Below are positions 35,901 through 47,293 of a DNA stretch of 64,000 bases, one piece after another. The position numbers and the translations under genes are program-made. The stretch comes from Lingula anatina (Eukaryota; Animalia; Brachiopoda). Numbering within the stretch: position 1 is the stretch's first letter; each line of letters starts with the position of its first letter. Location of the stretch: assembly GCA_051362555.1 (NCBI GenBank), contig CM120640.1, positions 66,814,788 through 66,878,787 on the forward strand. The letters run 5' to 3'. A model generated the notes under the pieces. It had not been told where the DNA came from. It was given only the letters and a program-made list of their open reading frames with translations, and did not search any database.

Positions 35901-38900
35901 TAAATTCCCTAAAAATGGCCCAATCATGCTGATTTTCGAACTTGACCTGCGTATTATGAATATTCATCAGTTCTGTAAGTTTCAAGTTAAAAGGTAAAAT
36001 GGTTTTCCACTTATCGTGTTATCGGTGCTGCATATATGCTGAAAAAAGTGAAAAAACAGCATAAATTCCCTAAAAGTGACCTGATCATGCTGATTTTCGA
36101 ACTTGACCTGCGTATTATGAATATTCATCAGTTCTGCAAGTTTCAAGTCAAAAGGTAAAATGGTTTTCCACTTATCGTGTTATCGGTAAAAGTGCACGGC
36201 GACGACGGCGCCGACGGCGCTGTCGGCGACGACAGACGCAGATGATGGCTATATGTACAGACACATCTGTGTCTGTACATAAAAAAGCAGAAATATCAAA
36301 TGTATGTGTGACAAAAAATATCAAAGTTTTGTCTTACAATTTGAAAAGTTTAAAAAATGGATATCATCAAACTAGTTTCAAAATGTCTTGTTCAAAGACA
36401 AATTTTAAGTTTTAGCATTATTTACTCAAAAGTTCACCTACTTGGTAAATCCTTCTGCCATGGCTTCTTGACACAACTGAAACATCCCATACAAACATTC
36501 ATCACTTCTTCTTATTATCAAACGTGTAAAAGATGCAAATTTTTCAATATCCTAATATTAAGAGGTGTGTGTAATTCTGATTTTATAACATAAATATGTA
36601 TCTCACAAGTGCCATAACCCAAGTGGTTTTACCTTCTTTATCCTCTCTTCACTGTAACCCAACCAGCCAGCAGAGGTAGTATATGCAGGGTATCCCTTTG
36701 ATAACAACTCCTTCTCTGTAATATATAATACCATTTTATCCAAAACAATTACCAAGCCACTCCTTTTTTTTAAATTTTAATACATATAATACGGTAGTCA
36801 AGTAAGAGGAGCTGAAAATCTTTGTGTGTAGGTAATCTTTAAAATGGCACTCCTTTTTTTGCATTTTTTGGGATTCACTTTTAGTAAAAACAAAGTTACC
36901 CTACCTCTTTCTGCTTTGGTAGACTGATTTTTCTTCAGTATTGCTAAACCAAAGAAAAAACATTTAAAATCAATAAAAATAACAAAAATATTCCAGAGTA
37001 TTTTACTTATTTTTATAATTTAAAAATATGAAGCCTTCAAGTTTGCCTTACCTCATGCAATGTGATGCCATTAACAAACACCCCATTTCCATAGATAAGA
37101 TCAACCTACTTTAGATCGACCTAACTCCCTGGGGGTTCATGCTAAATAGCTGTCAGCCGGGCAGACACGAAAGTTAATTACCCCCTTACAGCTTGTAGTA
37201 GGCGGGACGGACATTTAAGTCGGATTATCTGAAAGTAATCTAGTGAGACTCCCCGTGGGGATCGATCGATCTAAAATCTATGGGAATAGAGCCAAACACT
37301 TTACATTACAAATGTTATCCATGGGTTGTTTTAAATGTGAATATCTCTGATTGTTGTCATCTATCTTCTCTAACACATCTCAGGGAACACCACTCACCTA
37401 TTGCTTCCTCTGGTGTGAGAGCATCTGACCTAATCATTAATAACAAAAGAAAATAATTTGTATTACAATATTAGCATATAAACACATCAAGATAACATTC
37501 TGATAGAAGTTAACCTGTGTCCTGTAGTATTGTCATTCATGTTGAACATTTTAAACTTTTCAATTTCTACACAAACTTTTGAAAGCATACCATGCATGGT
37601 GAAAGCTTTTATCCCAACAAAATTAACACCATTCAACATAAATTCAATGTAATTGGACACTAACAACATGGACACTAATTTTTTTAAAAAACACCTGTTA
37701 ACACTCCAATGAAAGGGACCATGCAGATTGAGAAGAGCCAAGTGCTAGTAAGGCCGCGACCTAAATATGGCGGACCTACATGAAAGGAAGACTGCTAATC
37801 CTGTAATGGTCCCTCCACCTCTCACACGCCTCCCCACACGTCGTCCCTGCAGGGGCACAGTAATTAAATCTCGGCTCAATTCAACCAGTCGAGGGACAAC
37901 GCGTGGGGAGGCGTGTGAGAGGCAGGGAAACCATTACAGGATTAGCGGTCTTCCTTTCATGTAGGTCCGCCATATTTAAGTCGCGGCCTTACTAGCACTC
38001 GGCTTTTCTCGATCTGAATGGTCCTTAATAAGTGGATACTTACAGATATCTGAAGTCCATTGTGGACACTAACTTTTCTGGTTCCTGAAACCAATACATG
38101 TTTGACAACTATTTATGTGGCAGAATAAAATGTACGATTGATGTCAAGGTACAAGTATGTTATTCGTATATATCCACACTAAACAGTTTTTTACAAATAT
38201 TCAGGAGTAAAATATATTTTACACAGACAAGTATATTTCTAATTATGCTAAGAATATGCCATCCAGAAACATTAACCTTATGTGTTTATAAGAATTGAAA
38301 CCATTTATAAGTATCTACTAATATCTAACAAGTATTTAAAATTACCATTGCTCATAAAATAACTTACCATATCAACTAAAAGTTTCCACAATGGCTGTAA
38401 GAAAATAAATTTCAAATGTTAAATAAGTGAAAATGCAATGGACTAATGAATTTGAAATATACTTATGTGGTCATTGTTGAAACCTAAAATGTACCCCAAA
38501 GACAATGATAATAAGATTTTTTTTCTATTTTGAAAAACTTTCAATGATTTTCGAGCTTTGATTGCCTAGTGTAATATTCTTAAACAGGTTTCATATATAC
38601 CTTTCCCTCCATCTTGGCCCACATATCCCATAATGCATTAACAATCCCTGCCGTCGCCAGGTGAACCACACCCTTCTCTGGGCCAAGCTAAAAGCAAACA
38701 GACACTGACACTCGAGTGTTTATATCAATAATTGGAATCATTCAGTATCTCTTGGTATGTTGTTAATGACCAGAGAAATTTTCATCATTAAAATATGGTT
38801 CAGTTATTTTCCCAACAATGAGAGAGCTGCTACACTCAATCGCAGCAAACAGACACCAGATATAACCAGCCTAATCTAAGTCAAGTTTTAACTTGAAATC

Positions 38901-40517
38901 TTAAAAGATTTAAAGTTATTTAATGCTACCAGTATATCTTCATATTGTTTTTGATCTGAATTATGCATTCTGTACTAACCTGGTTATAATATGGCCTACT
39001 AGTACGTATGTATAAGTATCTAATATGAAAAATTTCGACCATGATAAATATTACAATCTAAACTTACCCATCGAAATTGTGTGTCATTCACCAGCTTCTC
39101 CCAAAAGACACCAAAATTGTCAAATATGTCTGACACCTTCTTCCCAACTACCATTCTGCCCATGTATTTTATGGAATTACACACTGCAAAACATCCAATA
39201 GTCAACTTTTATTTCAATTAGGAAACAATAATAAATACATTTTGTAAGGTTTTGAAAATTTTTTAAAAAAATTGTCATTTTCATTAAAAAAATGTCTCAA
39301 TGTTTTTTGACAAAATGACTCGAAAAAGTATTTTCTTGACCTTCTAACATACAGCATTCATAAGCAGCTGACATACCAAGGTCAGTTCCCCTGCCTGCAG
39401 TAAAGGTTAACCCATGCCCCCTTAACTGAGTGTCTGTACAGATAACAACATAGGCACATGAGTAGTCTGGATCACCATGCTAAAACACAGTAATTCAAAA
39501 CCCAGTCAGATATACAACAATGTGCTGTGTCCTCTCCTGACACTGACCCTGAGTAACCTGCTGACTGCTGTAGTTTAGGGACCATTCCCAGACCCTTTCA
39601 TACTAACTGTGGATCGATCTACCTCCAAGGGTATTCTTGCTAAATTGCAATCAACTTAAGCTGCTTAGATGTTTGCCATGCCTACTGAAGCTGTTAGGGG
39701 GTAATTATAACTGGCGTTTAGCAGCTTCATTAGGCGTGTCAGACAGCTAAGCCGTTTAAGCTGAAAGCAATTTAGCGAGAAACCCCTTGGAGTTCCTCGG
39801 TATGGGAACCAAGTCTTATTAAGAATAACCAGGCACTGACAGCAAGCTACTCATATAGGGCTGACACAGCAGGAATAATGCACTGTACTGGTATGAGTGT
39901 GACATACCCAAGTCATTGCCTCTTCCAAGAGAAAAAGTCAATCCATGCCCTTCAAGTTTTAGGGAGTCTGTTTTGAATATAACATAGGCGCATGAGTAGT
40001 CTGGGTCTGCATGCTATAATATGGTAAAATTCCTATATGTCAAGTAAATATAATTAATCAATTAATTGATTGATTAATTAAATAATTAATTAATTAATTA
40101 ATTAATTAACAGTGGATAAAAAACAAAATAAAACTAACAAAATTTAGATCTTAAATACATAATTTGGTGAAATCTTTCTTTAAACAACTTCATTTATTGT
40201 ACTGCATCTGGCACATAAAAATAGCTTAATTTACAGCCAAATCTTCTACACATCTTGGAGCCATCAAACTCCATTCATACTCTGGCATTCATTGCAAAAA
40301 TCATTCCACTCCTGCAAAGCCGACATACCGGTACACTGCTCAATGGTTTGACAAGCCCATGGTCATGTAGATGTTCAAAGTAGTACCGGTATCTAGATTT
40401 CATGTAATGCATTGTTTTTTGGTTGTTTAAAAAAACTTATTTGTCTAGCTGAGGTTTTACGATACTCCTTCCTTGCAATTGGCTTGTCTGTGTGTGTGTG
40501 TGTGTGTCGTGTGTGAT

Positions 40518-40564
<47 letters not shown>

Positions 40565-40650
40565 GAGTTTACCATGGCATCCGAACCATGCGCCTCCAAT
40601 GAAGTTGGAAAGCGAACATCCTTCACGGTCAGCTCTGTTATTGTGGCCAT
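32454..40650 (-). CDS. ENOSF1: Mitochondrial enolase superfamily member 1 / L-fuconate dehydratase (rTS), with duplicated exon 2
   Basis: Exon 1 40573-40650 ([16 protein letters not shown]); exon 2 present twice; [13 protein letters not shown] (~38600-38688); [14 protein letters not shown] (~36633-36715); KFKVKVG KxK motif (~34308-34395); MTDANQRW...[10 protein letters not shown] (33893-34027); ATGE and [13 protein letters not shown]; [10 protein letters not shown]; last exon ends FTPE-TGA at 32454. Confidence 0.96.
32698..32928. repeat. Two (TA)n microsatellites in the last ENOSF1 intron
   Basis: TA runs at ~32698-32734 and ~32882-32928. Confidence 0.95.
34575..36282 (-). mobile_element. 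1.7-kb Helentron-associated interspersed element (HINE) with internal tandem arrays, complete copy
   Basis: On the - strand: TT, subTIR/palindrome ATGTACAGACACA-GA-TGTGTCTGTACAT, (GTC/GCC)n microsatellite, ~3 x 161-bp units, 2 x ~190-bp diverged units, 2 x ~340-356-bp units, 3' subTIR TGTCTGTACAT, stem-loop GACAGC-TTT-GCTGCC and TTGTT end. Confidence 0.88.
37082..37293. mobile_element. Fold-back MITE, family shared with 39578-39811
   Basis: TIR-like ATTTCCATAGAT / ATCTATGGGAAT plus TTTAGATCGA / TCGATCTAAA. Core AGTTAATTACCCCCTTACAGCT is near the reverse complement of AGCTGTTAGGGGGTAATTATAACT at ~39689. Confidence 0.65.
37715..38025. mobile_element. Long-TIR palindromic MITE (~130-bp arms, ~45-bp spacer)
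   Basis: GGACCATGCAGATTGAG...CGTCCCT (37716-37847) is ~90% reverse-complementary to AGGGACAACG...GAATGGTCC (37892-38024). TTAA lies at the right junction. Confidence 0.9.
39377..39479 (-). CDS. ENOSF1: ENOSF1 exon 2b (103 nt), alternative copy
   Basis: TTTTAG| [34 protein letters not shown] +G |GTATGT; phase 0 to 1. Confidence 0.9.
39578..39811. mobile_element. Fold-back MITE between the two ENOSF1 exon-2 copies
   Basis: Nested inverted repeats CTCCAAGGG..TTGCTAAATTGC / GCAATTTAGCGAG..CCCTTGGAG and GCCTACTGAAGCTG / CAGCTTCATTAGGC; termini TTCCCA / TGGGAA. Confidence 0.7.
39908..40013 (-). CDS. ENOSF1: ENOSF1 exon 2a (106 nt), alternative copy
   Basis: TTATAG| [35 protein letters not shown] +G |GTATGT; phase 0 to 1. 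Confidence 0.9.
40488..40567. repeat. Compound (GT)n(GA)n microsatellite beside the ENOSF1 exon-1 donor
   Basis: GT run followed by a GA run ending a few nt from the donor at 40572. Confidence 0.95.
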
Positions 40651-41679
40651 GCTGCTTCGCTCACTTGTGGCTGCCTAGATAATAAGGATTATTAAGAACA
40701 CGCCCCCTCACAACACACTACGGTTGACCCCGTTCCTTCGCTCACACCTTATACGCCCCTGTTGAAAATATTTTTACTCTAAACTACTCTAATGTTTTGA
40801 TTTAACAGTTCAAATCACAATTCAGACATTGTTTTATATGTATCTAGAACACACGTTTGTATAGTCATTGTTGCAAAACTTATAAGTAGCCTCAGTTTCG
40901 TTCTGTCTCATTCACTGTCTCAAAGGTGAAAACGAGAAAGGTAAACACGTCTCTTCGCACATACACATTGGCTTACCACACAGAGTTTTTAGTGGATGAT
41001 CCGGATGACATAGATCGATGACATTCATCAGGACGTAGATCTAACATCTTTGAACATTTCGAACAATTTTTAAAATTTCGCACAAACAGTTCTAATCGTT
41101 TCTGTTCTTAGGCTTCCGTATTAGACACGTAACAAGATAAGGTGGAAACCCAGCAGTCGGTTAAAAAACATTGAGCCTAATATAGTGTTGTCAGATATGG
41201 TTTATGATCTAAATGCTTTCAGGTCTGTAAGCGGAATTTTCCCCCCAACCTTCCCGGAGATTAAATATATATTTTAAGGAATTTTATGAAGTAGGCCTAA
41301 AAGAGATAAAGATTTCCCATAAAATTTAACAGTTGCCCCACCCCCCACTCCACATCCAAGCATTTTTTTTCTCAGCCTGCATCCTTGAATTGTAATGGCG
41401 TCTAGGACAAAATACGAATTTTAGCGTTGCGGACACGTATGAATTAAGTAAACGATTATGATCACGTTGATATTTCGCATTCAGTCAAATGTGTTACTAG
41501 CGTGGGTGTGGTCCCCGTGGTCCAGTATATGTAGAGTCCCGCATGGTACGGTCACAGTCCGGTCGAATTTAGAGTAGGCCTAATAAGTCACCTACGTGAA
41601 TTATGCGCATGCGAGCAGCTTAGTTATAAAGTGTAAAATCAGCATTCATCGGAACATAATGCCATACAAAGTAGGCCTA

Positions 41680-41852
41680 CAGGTTATTTGAGGGGGGGGG
41701 GGGGGGGAGCGGATGCGATGTCAACCCTTCCCCCCCCCCCCCCCCTCTTGAAATTCTAATTTCAAGAGGAGACCATTAGTGTGATTTTTTTTTCAGAAAT
41801 CGAAGGTGGGGGGGTCAGGACCCCCATGATCCCCCCTCTAAATCCGCCACTG
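41680..41852. mobile_element. Degenerate MITE of the CAG(T/G)GGCGGA type with poly-G/poly-C tracts
   Basis: Right end CTAAATCCGCCACTG resembles the TIR of the 18968 element. Left end is eroded; size is similar (~170 bp). Confidence 0.5.
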
Positions 41853-42504
41853 AAAGTTCATGTGCGACTTTGCAATTGTTACGGCGTTTTCTATATTTTT
41901 CGTATCTATCTTTTCAAATTAAAATTACAATGCAACATATGAATAAAACTTTAATATGTGGTTTTGAATTTTGCATTTGCTTGATTTGTTTTTTAGATTT
42001 TCATGAGTTCCATATGAAGTATGCATTTTTTGCGTCAAAATTATTTTTTTCTCGAGACTAGCCTACAGAGCCCTGTGTTTAAACATGTAGTAGGCATATG
42101 TCTGTGTAGGACCAACATACTAGTAAATTCAACAGTAACTTGAAATTTTGTCATATTGTGTAGTAGGCCCTACATACACAACTTAGAAATAAGACAATTA
42201 ACAATATAATTATTCACAAAGAACATAGAAATCCCTTAAAATCAATATGTAAAATTATTTCATCTGTGATCTGAAGGAAGGAACACATGTGATTGGGCTT
42301 ATAGATTAAGGATAACCCTAAGAAGATTACAATTATTACACATGTTCTATAAATAGAGGTTTTCCAGTGTCTCACAGTCCATGTACTCATCGAGTAGGTA
42401 CATGTACTAGGGGTTCAGTAAATCTTAAATTTATCTTGGCTATGATGACTGACATTCACCCATGAAATATTTTCTGTGCACCACTGACTTTAGAGGCGTG
42501 TATT

Positions 42505-43236
42505 ATGGGTGAAATGCCTACGTATTTGAACTCCACAGTTAATTCGGGACCTGACTGTGACATCCATCCACCTGTTCCAGTTGACTCTGACTCAAGCGTC
42601 ACTCCTACGAGGTGCTGGTGTTATGTGACATACCTCATCACCTTATTCTGTTTCCTGGTAATGATCATAACAATTTTCAGAAAAATACGAACCCAAGGCA
42701 AACTGTGTGCGACTCCCGAATTATACTCAGTAATTTTGCCTGCTGTTGACTTTGTGATACTATTAACATCATCTAGACGGTGTATAGGCCTACGAGGAGC
42801 AGAGTTCAGAGGAGTGTATTCAAGTTTGACTGAGTTTCGTTCCTGTGCTTCTCGCCTTAGCGATTCCGCTGTCGGGTGGGGTTCCCTCATTTTGTTCTTA
42901 GCAATCATAGCGCAAAGGTATTTTTTGTTGCAGAGCCTGGCGAAAGCTTCCAAGCTATCCAGTCCGCGGACAACTGTGCGAGTTTTTCTAGTGACAACGT
43001 GCGTTTCACTCATTGTCGTCCTTCAGATGATTCAACTATACTTGGAAAGTGTGCACAGATCTAACAATCTGCTGGACTGGGTGCAACAGTCTGTAAAAGA
43101 TGCTGGTATCGTCTTTACATTAAAGAAGTTATTCGTTCCTGGGATTGCGGCGCTCACCCCGCTTGCAGTAATGTTGTGTTTGTCAGCATTATTTTGTTCA
43201 AGGAAAAAGAAAGGACTTGGTTTGAAATCACTTTGA
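42505..43236 (+). CDS. Intronless rhodopsin-like (class A) GPCR-like protein with TM1-TM5 only; possible pseudogene
   Basis: N-terminal NST sequon, five hydrophobic segments, TM2 LPAVD (LAxxD-like), Cys at the top of TM3, IIAQRY in place of DRY, and a TM5 proline (LTPLAVM). No CWxP or NPxxY. The same frame stays open past the TGA to 43557. Confidence 0.6.
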   Translation: MGEMPTYLNSTVNSGPDCDIHPPVPVDSDSSVTPTRCWCYVTYLITLFCFLVMIITIFRKIRTQGKLCATPELYSVILPAVDFVILLTSSRRCIGLRGAEFRGVYSSLTEFRSCASRLSDSAVGWGSLILFLAIIAQRYFLLQSLAKASKLSSPRTTVRVFLVTTCVSLIVVLQMIQLYLESVHRSNNLLDWVQQSVKDAGIVFTLKKLFVPGIAALTPLAVMLCLSALFCSRKKKGLGLKSL

Positions 43237-43694
43237 AAAGAAAAATTCTGTACAATCTCCATACCACATTGCTTCTGTAGCCGCGCCTTTTCCCAAAGTG
43301 AATATAAAAGAAAAATGTTCCACATAAAAAAAACTCACAAACAGGGCGCAGATATGTTACAATGCAGTCAACAGGATCATGAACAGTGCAACTTGCTTCT
43401 GAGGAAAACGAATGAAGAAGGAACAAAGCAGTGTCAATCCAAGGAATCAGATAAACGATTCCCCAAGAGCGTTTTGTGGAAATACAACAAGCTTCCTTGG
43501 GAATCCTTAACCTCGCAAAGAGGGAGTTGCGCTGATTTCTTTCCTTTGAATAAGTGAGCAAATTGAAATCAAAAAGCCAGTTCAAATTGTTGTTAGACAG
43601 ATAACTTAGCCATTTATTTTTCAATAAACTAAATGCAGTCACACTAGCCAAATTCTTTACGTTGGTTAAGAAACTGCTGTAAACTTTCTGTAAA

Positions 43695-44075
43695 CAGGGT
43701 CGCTAGACCAAATTTACATCAGTTTTTATTTTCATTTTTTTAACATATGATGTTTAACGGGCATATGAGCACTTTCTTTCTTTCTTTAAATATTGGGGAG
43801 GGGGGGGTCAATCCCTTATGTTGGCGATTATTTATCGTAAAAGCAACAGCATTAAGTTTTGACTAGTTATAGTTTTTAATACACTAATTTCAGTTAGAAA
43901 AATCAAAATTAAGGAGCGGCAACCTACTGTGAACGTGGTTGCTAGACGAAATTTACATTAGTTTTTGTTTTAATTTTTAACATATGAGCTTTTTTTCTCT
44001 TTTTTAAAAGTATTTTAGGGGGTGTCAACCCCAATGTTGGAGATTTTTTTATCGTAAAAACAACAGCATTAAGAT
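43695..44075. repeat. Diverged direct duplication (~245-bp period) with a third related fragment near 46150-46350
   Basis: GCTAGAC.AAATTTACAT.AGTTTTT...AACATATGA...ATGTTGG.GATT.TTTATCGTAAAA.CAACAGCATTAAG occurs at ~43700 and ~43940. Confidence 0.7.
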
Positions 44076-47000
44076 TTTTGTTGGGTCAATTAAATTATTT
44101 CCTCTTACCAGACCAATGTAAAATTGCATTTTTCCATTAGACAAAACATAGTACGCACGTTTTCCTCAAAACTAGGGTCGGGCGGGCTCGTTAACCAAAT
44201 TTTCACTGGTGTCTCAATGTGAAGTTATTTCTACCCTTTAGCATCGCGCAAATACAACATGATTTTTACTTTCAATGTAATTACCGAATAAGTATCAAAT
44301 ATTGTAAAAACGAAATGACATTGAATACTCGGTAGTTAAGATAATGTTGAGCTAAATCAAAAGCCTTTCATCTGATACCAAAATGTAAATGTAACACAAA
44401 TTGAAACAAATATTATCTTTAAGTCTGTCATTGAAAGCGGTTGTCACACCATTGGAAATGTTAATGCCAAGTTTTTACAGTGGTTATTTACTTTGAGATA
44501 GTATTGCGTGAAAGGTCTCGTTTTTTTCTTCCCTAATGTTTGCTCTTTCATACAAAAATGATGATGGAAGTTTTGTATAAGAGACGCAGAAAAAAAAGAA
44601 GAAAACAGGGGTACCACCACGTCGGAAATTACCAGTAATTCTAAGTGAAATCTTAAATTTGCTGTTCTATGGAAACTACAACTTAGGAAGAGTTTCTACG
44701 GAACCTCATGCAGACCACTTTCTGGCTAAGAAAACAGTTGAAACAAAAACTAATGTGTTTTTATGAAGAAAAGCAAGGTTATGGCCATCTTTTGAGCGGT
44801 TATTGACATAAAGGTTGAAGCAGGTGCAAGTATAATTGAAATGCAAGCCCTTAATATTCAGATCTATTCAAAGTTAAGAGGGTTGTTATGAATTTCAAAG
44901 CGTTGTTCGGATGGAATAGGTCTTATTTGGTACGGAGGGGGGCATTTATTTTTTGGAAACAAAAAGCTTGCCTACCCTTAGAAATAACACAGTTAAGGTA
45001 AATCCATTGAAGTAATTTTAATGTATATTGTATCTAATGTTTTCGCTCTAAGGATAATAACACGCTGACCAACCAACCGACACTACAGTAATAATACGAT
45101 TTTTTTCATCGACATAAGGACAACAGTTAAAAAGAGAGCCTCCAAAGCTGCTAACACAAATTGACCGCTGTTTGAGGAGGTAAGACTGTTGACAGCCTGA
45201 CTTGGGCCAACTTTCCATGCTGGCAAAGTATGTTTAACTAATCAGTGATAATCAAACGTTTATTAACGAGCTCGTATCCGTGATCAAACAAAATGTTTGA
45301 ATACTTATGAAAGGAAGGCAATTCAGAGAGCAGGGCGTTGCTGATACTGGAACTAAGGCTATGGTAACTATTAGGGGTTGGCCTAACACCGGATCCTATA
45401 CAGAAGACCTTTACGAGTAAAATCACATCAAGGTAAGTTGGATCGAGTCCGCGGATTACATGATCTTATACATTTATGGGGACCGCTATAATGCATCTTT
45501 TTACATGTTGCTGCTCGTTTAAAAAAAATAGTCAATTCGTTTTAACGAAAATTCCACGCTGATGAAAGTCAGACAGAATTGACAATTCAGTGAATGCAGT
45601 TCTTTTATGTAAAATACAAATGTACTCATCTTAGTGTTAGTGTAATAAAAAAAAAAAAAACACTTTCGGGGCACAAATTCCCTTTTTTGTTGCTTTACTC
45701 GCCGCTTCACGCGTTTCTTCACATGGGGTGGCCAAGCGTTAATCGTCAAATTTGCTGCTCCGTGGGAGATAGTGATCAGTAACTACGTAACTAAGTAATG
45801 AAAATGTGCAAGGTCGATGGCTAAGATGTAAAATGCAATCCGGTACCTGTTTTGGTTATAATAAATATATTTATTTATTTTAGTGTTTTGTTTAGGAGGA
45901 AGCCTTTCAAGAAAAATTCCTGGCATCGGATTGTAGTACTTATTGCTAATGAAACAGCCTATAGAGCGGTATTGATCGCTGTTTAGGTGAGGGAGATCTG
46001 TCGCTGTTATATCCTCAGCATGAATTAGCAAAATGTATTTTTAATGTGACAGCATTATCTCATAACTGGTCAATGTTTATTCATATATTATTTTAAGGGT
46101 TAGGAAATAAATCTTAACGTATCGAACTCCCGCATTAAGCAGCAAAACATTGTTAACAGGGTCGGTAGTTGAATTTCATTTTTCAAATATATGATCTTTA
46201 AAAAAGCATAGCAGAAATACTTCAGGGAAAACCGGTCATTAATTGTTTTTATTCTTTTTTTTAATTTTAATTAAGGGGTTGTACGTGTCAAATCCAGTGT
46301 GGGCGATTTTAGCGCATAAAAACAACACCATCACGTTCAGGTCGGTCGCTCTCTTTAACCATTTTATCAGTTTCATCTGGCTCAGTTGACTTTTCCTCAA
46401 GCTCAGATTATTTAAAAGGGCTTTTTAAAAACTTTTGGGGAGCAAAATAAAGCTATAAAACTCGTCAAAGATTAATTTTTTAATTCAAACAATAAAGACT
46501 ATATGGATAACATATAAATCTGTTTTGCAAAAATACGTACATTTCTATCAGACTGGGAAATTCAATTTTCACTTGTTGAAGAGGCATGTCACGATCGTGA
46601 AAGCAGACAGCGGTCGGTACAAATGGTCGCAGTTAGACAATTTTGGGTGTCAGATGTTTGAATTTGTATCAAAATTCTGAAACTGCAACACTTGGAAAGC
46701 TTTGTGTGCCCCTTTAACTAGACTTTTCCAACTACTTATGGGCATAGGTGACTAAATAGTGGCATTAAATACCCTGTTTTAACAAATTTTAAGCGCGTTT
46801 TCGATACTATCAAATCTGGCTGAGATTTAGTATATTTTGGGTAAGTCAGCCTAAAATGAAGTCCTTCTGGTAATGAACAATAATCTACCAACAATCAACT
46901 AAGGTAAAATCATTCACCTGCCACTCAAAATAACTTTCCCTTTTATTGAATTGTTTACCAATAACTCCACATGTTGATCGACTATTGAACGCTTTATTTC

Positions 47001-47293
47001 CTATAAAGGACACATCCTTGTTCGTTTATTCGATTAACATTAAAGAAAGCACAACAGCGGCGTAGCAACAACACAATCACGCAGAGAGGCTCTATTGTGT
47101 TGGTCGTGTGTGAAATATAGGTTGCGCATTCTCTGCCAATATTTCAGTTAGCATAAACTTTGACACTGATACCACTGACGGGTCTAGACGGAATCAAAAT
47201 ATCATGGCTTATTGTGGGAATACGCAAACATTTTACGAAAGATAGGAATATTCAGGGATATATATCATTAGCTAGATATTTACCGGGCAGATC

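Noticed and set aside
40329-40392. Possible third copy of ENOSF1 exon 2 (TAG...GTATGTC, 64 nt)
   Set aside because: In-frame TGA at codon 6, much shorter, and only scattered similarity. It is bounded by a small ATACCGGTAC inverted repeat. A poison exon cannot be excluded but is unsupported.
43560-44500. SECIS element for the GPCR-like in-frame TGA
   Set aside because: No ATGA-N11/12-AA...GA stem found by eye; an AATAAA occurs at ~43623.
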